A stretch of 64,000 nucleotides of DNA from Iphione sp. A-MEVVRFRX5 (Eukaryota). The notes under the pieces are model-generated. The model was not told the DNA's origin. It ran no database searches and saw only the letters and a program-made list of their open reading frames with translations. Shown here piece by piece: positions 53,763 to 64,000 of this stretch. The DNA is taken from positions 156,612,001-156,676,000 of the forward strand of contig OZ320313.1 in NCBI GenBank assembly GCA_976226885.1, given 5' to 3'. Position 1 is the first letter of the stretch. The number at the start of each line of letters is the position of its first letter. A program made the translations under genes and the position numbers.

Positions 53763-56700
53763 GCTGGCAGCGCCTCGCTTTGTTGAATGCAACGCAACAA
53801 AAGCCGAAAATAGGCATTTACCCCCAGTAATATGCAAAGCGGAAGAACGTGAGAGAGATCGGAAGATCCCTGACAATGGGATATGACCTAGAGGGCTGCA
53901 GGAAGTGCTACAAGGAAAGATTCGGCAAAAAGGGGTGCTTTTTGAAGATCACATCACCCAGCTAATGTGTGATGTAAATGTAAATCCCTTTTTCTTATTA
54001 CCCCATGTTTTAACAAGTTATACTATTTCTGTGTAATAGAGTTCCCGGTGTTATAGTTTCGCATGCAGTGGTAACCCTAACGCAATTCAACAGGATTATT
54101 GCAGCGGAACCAGATCTAAACGTTTTGATAAGAAAGACTTTATTAAGCTGCCTGTAGCAGATAACATTTTGATTCAATAGGTTTAACAGTTACTTAAAAA
54201 CGTACTATGTAATGATTACCTTTCTTTTCCCATGTTTATCATATGGGTGTTATGAAGACGTTGTCTCGGTATAGAAGAATGGTACACTGATAAAAATGTT
54301 ACGCATCAAATATTGGCTGGGGTCATTCATATCCTGTTTTATGTTTCTGTGCAATGATGCAGCTGAATAACCATTAAAACGGATAATATTTCTACAATTA
54401 TTCAAATTATGGAAGGTATACACATCAGCGAAAGCATTCTATTCCTTAAACGATTCAGCATCCTCCTGCACGTCGACAGAAGGCACAGAGACCATCTATA
54501 AGTTGATGAGGAGAACAAAAACGATGGAGAAAAAAATTAGAAAACAAAAACGCAACTCAAAATTGGCTTGGGTGGAATATGTTTGGCTTCAATGGGGCGA
54601 ATCTTGGCCAACGAAGCTAGAAGATAATCATTTCACATCTCTTTCTGACATTAATAATCTAAGCCCGCTGAAGACCTTCCCTTCATGTAGAAGTAGGATT
54701 TTTTGATAAAAATATTTCACTTTAATCCTATTCTATACTGCTAGGGAATGATGCAGACTTCCATGAGATTGGATTGACTGTGGGGTATATATCCGCAATT
54801 ATGTGATTCATAGAAACTACACCTTCCATTGAAAGTGTTTTTGAAAGCCCGGAATGATTTTTTTAGACACTTGCCGACTGAAGGTGTAGGGATCGTCTGT
54901 TAGTTAATAAAGAGAACCGAGAAAAAAAGGTCGAGAACAACAACAAAAAATATAGAAACTAAAAAAGCAGACCCGCCTCCCGCTTTATGCGCATCTTCAA
55001 CGAATGAATCGCCCGGACTATCGTTAACGGTTGATTATAGTACACAGGCCGATCGTCCTTCATTTCCACTTACATCAATCACGCGCATGTAAAACCACAC
55101 GCCGCTAGTAATATCAAGTCCACTTCTCTTCGAAAAAAAGATCGTTTCCCCCGCAAAGATAATTGTATATACGAGCTCACTACACAAGCTGTTGAACACC
55201 GACGGAAGTGAATCTGAGCTCTTTTTAGCTCTCGAGGTAGAGAGGTTTAGAACGTCAGAAGGTCTGAGAGAGGTCAAACGTCAATGTCAAAGGGAACCGG
55301 CTGGCTCCGTGGAGCTGGTGTTCGGATCGAAACTTCGAATTAGACTTGAGAATGACACGCAAGGTGTTCATAATGGCGCTGCATTTGTGTTGCCTCTTGA
55401 TTCGATTAGAATCTACTTCGGTGTGATTTAGACCCTGTAACAGGCGCCTTCACTTCTTAAGCCGACCCGTGGGCCGACTGCGAATCAGTTAATCCCTCGC
55501 CCACAAAAAGAAAAGGACCTGAGACAGTTGATGTGGAAACGCTCTGACCTGCTTCCCCGAGACACCTGTCCTACCGCGGGGGCAGGCCAACCATAGTCAC
55601 ATGACCATCCCCCCCCATCTCCGTCTCAACGCCCAACCAGCAAACCAATTTGCAGTTCTGGAGAAGGCACGAACTAATAAATGGCTGTTGGTCGGATTGC
55701 CAGAGCCCGCTTCAGAATGCAGTGTATTTGACCATTGGCTCTCGAGGAATTCTAACCCGTGTCTGCCACTATATCGGGAGGCCGCGATATCCGCTACTGC
55801 ATCCACCACATGAGGTTAATCACATGCTGGCACTTATTGGATTTCTTACTCTGTATTAAAATTTTTTGTATGAATTGCTCCTAATTGTGACATTTTGATA
55901 ATATTTTTTCAGATATTTCAGTAGAAATGACATGGGATATTTATCTAACTATCCAGTAATTATCGTGTTTAATTATCACAAAATCGTTGTCAACGTAAGG
56001 GAATTGTCGAACCCGTTATTTTCGCATCCACACGTCCTGTCCTCCACGTGAAAATGGCACATGAATTGTACGTTCGGGTGGGTCCGAAGCCTGTCTGGCG
56101 ACGAATCTTCAGGTGTGCAAGAAATAATACGCCTTCATACTCCTGCATGGTGTAATCAATCTTGTGACTATGTCGTTATCATCATAATCCATCAGTTCAA
56201 ATGCCAAACGCCAAGCAAAATACATGTACATGTATACACAAGAAGGGAAGGCATATCCAGATCTAAACCACATCATTCAACAATCTTTTTTTTATATCAC
56301 GTGAAAGAAAAAAAGGTATTAGGCATCCATAATGGATAAAATTCATCATATATGTGTAATGTGTGGGCAGGGAGTTTACGAATTCATTATCAAAAAAGGC
56401 AACCGAATATAGATTAACAAAAACGAAAGAAAGATATAATCAAACTTAAATTCATAGAAACGCCACAAAGTCCACGACTCCGCATAATAGTATTATGATA
56501 CTCTCACCTACTACAGATATACAGGTGGCCATACACTCACCCAGACCATTTGGCGCCTAACATAGATTCTAAGCTGCTTCACCCCTGAACCTTAGAGCAA
56601 CTCACATTCTGGACTCCCTGGTGGGTAAGACGTATACATTTACCTGTGAGCTGCTCGCAAGAGGATGGTAAAGGCTGCGCAATGAACTTCCAGTTCCTTG

Positions 56701-57613
56701 TAATTTCACCCTCCATAACCTAATCTTTACAGGTGGCCGATGAAGGTCTCCAACGAACACTTGTCACTCCGAGTCCCATCACGGGTATTTTCACTTAAAG
56801 GCACTAAAACCACGGAGCATTTAGTAGCATGACTATAGGGATTCTATGTCATTTGGCATTTAGGTACGTCTTGATTCCAATATAAAAATGATAGTTTGAC
56901 GATCACTAGGTGCGCACTATTCAGAATTATGGCATACAGTTTTCCAGATACAAACATACTGTATTTTTCTGTAATTCCAATATTAAGAAACGTAGAATGC
57001 CGGAGAACTCTTATTAAAGAAAACCAAGAGTTTTGCACACATTGATACCGTGGGATCTTCCGTACCACATGGTTTTCATGAGACGATAAACATCACAATA
57101 CATTTTAAGTTCAGAAGTTTTCAGTGAAGAAGTTTCTTGAATTGGTCACGCAAAGATTTCTTTCTTGGCTGGCCTTTTCTTTGTTTTTGTGAAAGGCATT
57201 TTACGTTTCACTGCTCGCTCAAGTAATTACTGCTTATTGATAGCAATTCTGGGCCTTCTTTGTGAATTCTAGTTTTACTGTCAGATAGGTGCACCGGTAG
57301 AAACAGATTGAAAGAATTATATTGGATCACCCTGGGCGAGACAACCTCAACAGAAGAAGTAAAAGTACTGCTCTAACCGTTTCACCGCAACCGAATTAAT
57401 TTGGCAAATAAGACATACGTTTCTGTACCGGCTTATGTCAATATTGGCTTTACTCAAATTACTGGACGTCTGTTTTGCCTCAAGGTCGGTTACAGATGCT
57501 TTAGGTAACCCCCTATGATGGGGTATCTGGGTGGCGCTTGATAAAAATCCATCCGTTTCCATGAATAAATACGGCACCCCACATCACCACAGCATCCGGA
57601 GATGAACCTTCCT

Positions 57614-57630
57614 CCCCCCCCCCCCCCCCC
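57614..57630. repeat. Poly-C tract (17 nt)
   Basis: Read directly. Confidence 0.9.
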
Positions 57631-60600
57631 ACCGTTCACTGCCTTAGGAATGAGAAGGTTAACTAGCATCTTCTGCAAACTTTCTTGATGGTGTGCGATT
57701 TTCTCTCTTTGACCTCCCCTGATGAACAAATACAGTGCCTCTGATTTATTATTTTTTAAACACTAAAAAGCAAAATATACAAAATCTCTCGTAGACAAAC
57801 GAATTATATTTGACGGTCATGCTACACCTAGAAAAAATGGTAATACTGCGGACTGAAAACATGGGGTTTTTTTAAAATACAGTAGCGGTCTTATATGCGA
57901 CTGCATTAATTAGTGACCATATCCCATTTAAGATGGGATCAAAAACCATAGTTTCTGTAACAATTGTCATCGAGTTACGACCAACTTTGCCAATACGACC
58001 ATTTGAGCTTGGTGCTAAGTAATGGTCACAAATAGGTTTTCTACTGTACATGGGTCCACTTATACAAGACCTCCTATCCACAGATCCCCCGAATGATTTT
58101 TCAACTCTTTCCTGATGCATCTGTATAAATATTGTTGTGTAAAAAGATGTCTGAAACACAAGTAAAACTAACCCCATTTGTATATCTACTAAACTGGAAA
58201 AGATATATATGCTGTAAAACCTCACAATTGTGACAACCAAGACATGGCACCACTCCAAGAATAGGGACACATTTAACCAGACCTGCACCATACTTTGGCT
58301 ATACACTGAGGGTATCCCGTTGATACTCATTACTACTACAATGAACAATGGCCGTGTACAAAAATGTGTATATTTGTTGGAGCAGAACAACTACTAAACC
58401 TCAAAGAAAAGAAAATCTATTTTCATAACTTGTGGTTATGTTAACGTGCATATTTAGTTAAGATCTTGCATGAGATAATCCTAAGCCTGCTGCTTAATCT
58501 GCCAAACGTTTGCCGTCTCATATATGTACAGTGTTAATATTCAAGAGTGCATCATCACGTTTCTTGCATATTCAGTGAGGACCTTTTCCTTTAGTTTGAG
58601 TCGAACTGCACATTTTAATGTTCACCTTTCTTTCCACCACATATCAGTGATTTTATCATATATGTATATATAAGCGTTTTACGATTCCACCACGGAAGGA
58701 CACATTTCAGAGCTAGCGGTATAGAGTTGGTTACGTTTGGCTTAATCTGGTTGCGTATGAGTTGTGATATGGACAAACAAAAAAGAATAAAAGTCTTTGT
58801 TAAAATTGTATGAAAACCATTGTATGAGAATTGCTGCCAGGCCCAGTTGTGCCAGGAGGTCAGTGGAAGAGTTCCTTCTAGCCAGTACTTACTCTGAATC
58901 TACCGAAATTGTGTCCAGGGATCTACAACATTAAAAATTTAACCTAAATAGTGAATATCTAAAGACTATCATTTATGTGCTTACAATATGAGTTGAAAAA
59001 GAAAGCAAATCATGTCTGTATGTCTGAAGGAGCACGCATTAAAATTTCTACTTCAAGCAGGTAATAATATCCAAGAAATCTTCCTTTCAAACCTACCCAG
59101 TGCAAGATCTGTTGATGGACCAAACTACTAATAATCGCACCAGAGAAGAGGCGTTTAGTTGCACTTCAGACGAAGGCTCAGGTACACTTACCTAAATGCT
59201 ATGTGTACACTGAATTTACGCCGGTCGAGGGACATTGTTGCCTTCGCCCATATCAAATAAGAAAGATTACACAAGGCTTCTCCCTCACAAGAGGAAACAG
59301 CCACCGGTCCTGCTGGAGGCCTTGTTTTCACGTGTGATCTAGCGTTGCCGCCAAGTTGGACAAATATTGGGCCGAGACTATAAAAGTTCCGAAAGAGCTA
59401 ACAGAGGATTTGGTGGTGGCCGGTGGCTTCGTGCGAAATTGAAGGAACGCCACAAAATTACTTAACACTGATCAAACACGGCCACATTAGTAAAACATGG
59501 AAAGACTTGTTTTAATAAAACCACCATCAAACGGTGAGACCAATTTCTGCTTGCAGAAACCCTGAGCATAGGGATTCGAGTGGCATTTTTCCTTGTCTCC
59601 TTTTTAAAACGTGTCTCTTTTTCGCTGCTGATCGATTTAAGGGTGTTAAATAATACTCTTCCGCTGAACCTGTACGGAATTCCCGTCATTTCTAACCATG
59701 CTAATATTAAGTGACATCAATAGTTAACAGATCCTGATAGCATACTTCGCCATAACTAAGATCGGGATGGTTTAGGTAAAACAAAAATGGTAAAACTGTA
59801 GCATTTACCCTAATACTAAGACAGGAGTTGTATCCGTATACTATGTACAATGACCCAATTCTGTTCATAATATATGTAAATTTGAGATAAGGTAAAGATA
59901 AGTTAAGATATCACTGTATCAATCATATTACAATGAAACGCATCTGGCATGCAATATCTCCCATTCATGTCATTCATTTCTGAAAGTCATTTCTGAAAGT
60001 CACACTGGTTGAAATTTTGAGCTTGTATCAACAAAAACATCTGATTCTGCAGTTATTGTGCTAGTATATATATATATATATGCATCAAACACGTAAAACA
60101 AAACGATGAATGTGGATAACATCCAGTCTGGAATGAAGAGGAGGATAACCGTGTTCTTTGCTTTGCTCTGTGCAGTCCGTCGTTAGACTTTATATGCGAG
60201 AATGCAATGAACTGGCTCTGTTCTAAAATGGTGTGCTTTTAACAACAAGAGCTGGAAAGAAAAAAAAACGCCACAAGCCTATTCTGCATAGGCTCTTCTC
60301 TGCCGACTGACGTTGCGTGCGCATTCGCCCGCAGATTCGTCATTCGATATTCATACGACGCATTGTGATCGGGGTAAGAACCGACACAGACGCACACGAG
60401 GATCGAACCAAGTGGTGTAGGGAGAGGGCGGGCAGTGGGTGCTGCTAGGCTTGATAGGGCGGAGTCCCGCGATCGGTCCATCTTGCCCTGATGCTAAAAT
60501 TGGAACGGGCGCTTTCAAACTGATTTTTTGGGGGGAGGAATGCGAAAGGAACATGTACATGTAGGTCATACGGAGCCAATTTTTATTCACGATGTACCTT

Positions 60601-63380
60601 CTGGCCTTTTTGTTCGGTAACTGCTTCAGAATGCAGTTCCATATTTTTCGTCCAATCATTCGGGGACGACGGTTTATTTTGGCTGGGGACTATGAAAATT
60701 TTACAAGCAGACATTCGCTTCGGGGATTGTGTATTAAAATAGCTACAAATCACGTACAACGAGGCTTAGTTGTAGGACAGGAGGTCTCTGTGGCGTCACT
60801 TATTTCCTTCTGTCTGAAAGAACTTCCGTAGAAATTCATAAATCAAAAATACATGGAAGATAAAAGATGGTTTTAAAAACATGTGAAATCGCGGTTACCT
60901 TAGAGAATCTCTCTATTGCCAAAAAAAATATCATGTCGTAGATTCGAATATAGAGTAGATTTCATTGTAGCACTGCAGATTGCGGGAGGATGCCTCTTCA
61001 AGGGTTTCCATGTATTAATGGTACTGAATCCATTAAGAGGCGCGATGCAGGGAGAGCAGGGAGAGCAACTGCAGGTAGCTAACGAGGAGAACTGTCTCTC
61101 CGTACTTCGAGGGAGTCCTTCAAGAAAGGAGGTTTTAAATGTGCCTGAACGGGGAGCTGGCGGTGGCCGACTTTTTTACTGATGCCGACTGAAAGGTAAG
61201 TGAGCTCTCTTCCATACAGACGAGATACAACCTGAGAAGGTGGAGGTAACTGGTGCAGTGCACTGTGGGCTTCCTAACATCGCCCTTCTAATTCTGTGAA
61301 TTAAACATGTACTAGCGGACGTCAGGTACGCAATCCTTAAATAGGGAAATATCAGGGTCTATAGGGAAAAACATACGAACTTACTGAAAATAGTCATGCC
61401 TCCTCTTAGAGGAGTTTCAATGCATCAGCTTCTCGCCGCTTTCAGATTTCACGTTTAAGAATAAATGGTTAGGGAAAGAAATGGCGACCTCCTATACAAA
61501 TTGGTGATAGGTTATTTACCCAGTACAGGACTGTTTTAACTGCAAATTTACCTGTCGATGCATTAACCGCTCAAACGTGTATACAGGGGAGTCACAAGGT
61601 TCAAAGACGAAAGGCGAATATCTCGAAAGGTTACCACTCAGCTCTTACCTCTTAACACCCTGAGCTCACGTTCTTTGTGAGTCGCCGCGTATCAAACAAA
61701 TTCCTTGCAGCAATCTATTGAAGACACTATCGGAAGTACATGTACGTCTAAACTACAACTCGTGATGCGCAGCTTACCTCAGGCGTTCTCCTATCGCCAC
61801 TGATATATGAAGACAAATGTCAGCTAATTCTGGATATAATGAGATCGTATGTTGGGCAAAAGGAACTGGGTTAAGAAGCACAATACCGACCGAGAGAAAC
61901 AGAGGAGCTCCATAATGACTCCCACCTGCACAACCTGCTAGAAGCTCTACCCGGGTACTATAGGTCTGAGGAAGTGAGAGAGTTTGTAAAAGGGAAGTGA
62001 GGTGCGTTTCCACCTGTTCAACCTAATGTAGCTTAAGGTGAGAGAAGTCCAAGAAAAACTGCATGTATGCCGGGGTAAAAATATCGGTATCATCTGTCAC
62101 AGTCTCGCAGCACGGTATATAGGAGTCAGCCCTCGTATAGGGAAAGTAGTGGGAGAGAGAATCGAAATACTGCTAGCTACATGTCTATACATCTCTATAG
62201 AAGTATTATAACGTGTATAATGGGAGAGAAGAGTATAGTGAAGAGCAAAGACTGAAAAACAATTATATACCCCATCTGATTGTGTGATTGCCCATTTTTC
62301 CCATGAGCACTTTAGTTCTCATGAAAATCAAACTGGTACATTTTATGAAACATCCACATCAATGCAAATAGCTATTAAAGTGTTCAAAGGCAGAGGGAAG
62401 GTCACTCACCTCTGCGTCGTTGCACAATACCGGAGACCGATGTTAATAAATAAGATGTCACCAGTTGATCAGGTCCCGTTGAATGATGTCCAGCAGTTCC
62501 CTGCTTCAGGTTCGGGTGTGACATCCCCTGCCATTGGCCTTGTCTATGCTCCGCTGAGCAGGTAGAAACTAGGGCCGATTCAACTTTACATAGTTCAATG
62601 TTACATCTCGGGGTCCCGCTCCGTCACGAGTTACTCACGAATTCAGTATTTCCAGTTTTTTTCGGTAAAAGGCAAGCAGTATTCTCTACTACTCTTACAC
62701 CCACCGACAGGTGGGGAGAATGGACGTTCTCTGAAGCTGCGGGCGGCGGTGTGTCGGCTGTTGGAACCAAGAGCGGCCGTCGCCGACTCAAGCTCACTCG
62801 ACGCCCGGAGCTGCTCAGCGAGCTGTTCAAACACCACGCCGACAAGGACTCGCCCGGCCAACTACCACCATACACATGTATATATATATACATATACATG
62901 TACATACATACCAACAACATAATTCATGAATGGACAGGAAAGATATTGTGGAACAGATACCAATACCCACACTTGAATACATGGTAATATGTTCTAAGGA
63001 GATACACGCACCAGGCACCTTTGTTATTCATGCAATATTTCCAGACGAATGGAGCAGTTTATCATGCATTTTTGCTTCCCTCTAACGATGAGGTTTTGTG
63101 TCATAGGAGGCAGGAAGGAGAAATATCATACAACCTTATCTATATTAATATACATGTACATTTACATCGAGATTTGCAGAAATATGTGTAAGTACCAGAT
63201 TCGTTCAGTTGGATTGGGCTTGGGGGTAAAGGACGGTTCACATGTGCTTTTATAAATGTACTAGCCTTTAAGAGTGTACCCAAGAGGAGATACATGACCA
63301 TGTATCACATAAATGGCAGTTGCCTGTAGGACATGTATCTGCATGTGAGTGATAGTAAAATGATACAACATCCAGAGGGG

Positions 63381-63529
63381 TCATAAAAGAGCGGGCCAGT
63401 AAGTGCCTATATATTATTATTATAGTTACCCGCTTTCCTGGTGTTAATCTGTCGAATTAATCCCTCCAGCGGCCATAATTAAAGATTCAGCATATTAATA
63501 TGACAACTTTTATGGCGTAAGTTGTCATA
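63381..63529. promoter_or_regulatory. Homeodomain/TALE site cluster (putative enhancer)
   Basis: TCATAAAA 63381, TTAATCT 63444, AATTAATCCC 63455, CCATAATTAA 63473, TTTTATGG 63508. Inverted TATGACAACTT/AAGTTGTCATA arms at 63499-63529. Confidence 0.4.
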
Positions 63530-63676
63530 GCCCTTGCACTCTGCTCATTTTCGATCTAGATTTAAGCCGAACCACATGTAGAGACTGTGGGCTGCAGGTG
63601 ATATATGGTCAACGTAATGGTTTTAATGGTTTTCATCTGGGACGATAAGGAAATGGATAACTCGTGCCCTTTGCAG

Positions 63677-63730
63677 GAAAATGTTCAAAGTTTTGTCGAG
63701 CTTATTACTTTCTTGAAATACAAATACAAG
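63677..63730 (+). other. Candidate 54-nt exon (ENVQSFVELITFLKYKYK in phase 0)
   Basis: CCCTTTGCAG|G acceptor and consensus AAG|GTGAGT donor; frame-preserving; two open frames. Best splice signals in the window. No homology recognised. Confidence 0.3.
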
Positions 63731-64000
63731 GTGAGTTGTTCTACGAAACCAGATAGATGCCCGCGCTTCGAAACACGGCGCAGTTCACAACAGGTATTAA
63801 ACCAAGAATGTATCATTTGGCAACAGGCTATTAGTTTCCGATAATTCCTCCAGGTGGCGAGTTGGTTGTGGTATGTTCCTGGCAGTAAGGGTGGATGAAT
63901 ACATAGTGTATCATGTTTCAGCCCCATTTCTGACGACATTTGACTTGTTGCGTGAAAATATTTCAGTTCACCGTGTTTGTTTTGTTTGGGCACCGCGACA

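Noticed and set aside
57872-58390. Longest gap-free ORF (172 aa, minus)
   Set aside because: No recognisable domain or RT/transposase motifs and no coding-like composition.
60256-60274. AGCCTAT-N5-ATAGGCT hairpin resembling a terminator
   Set aside because: A 7-bp stem is common by chance, there is no U-tract, and the context is eukaryotic.
1-64000. Conserved miRNAs, snRNA/5S/rRNA, CRISPR arrays, prophage or operon-like systems
   Set aside because: A by-eye search for mature sequences I know (let-7, miR-10, -1, -9, -124, -31, -33, -219 and others) and for repeat-spacer arrays found nothing. An Infernal/Rfam scan would be needed to exclude divergent ncRNAs.

Overview
Eukaryotic genomic DNA of roughly 40% GC (by eye) with one 191-N gap at 1072-1262. 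I recognise no protein-coding gene, rRNA, functional tRNA, CRISPR array or operon. The longest gap-free ORF in the supplied track is 172 aa, and none of the ORFs resembles a protein family I know. The composition, strong enrichment of TACATGTA and the MITE/SINE content suggest an invertebrate deuterostome, most likely amphioxus (Branchiostoma); this is inference, not a database result. The well-supported content is non-autonomous mobile DNA. It comprises three members of one Harbinger-like TIR family (two about 352 bp, one about 1 kb), a CACTG-ended element with 16 subterminal heptamers, a tRNA-derived SINE, and two Tc1/mariner-type MITEs, one split by a nested TGTT...AACA insertion. Mini- and microsatellites are also present. 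Between these lie short CpG-rich blocks with motif clusters (E-box, CCAAT, homeodomain, nuclear-receptor) and isolated exon-like segments. The best reading is a large intergenic or intronic regulatory region, possibly with unannotated spliced transcripts. All exon and enhancer calls are low-confidence hypotheses. I found no evidence strong enough to claim a new biological system.
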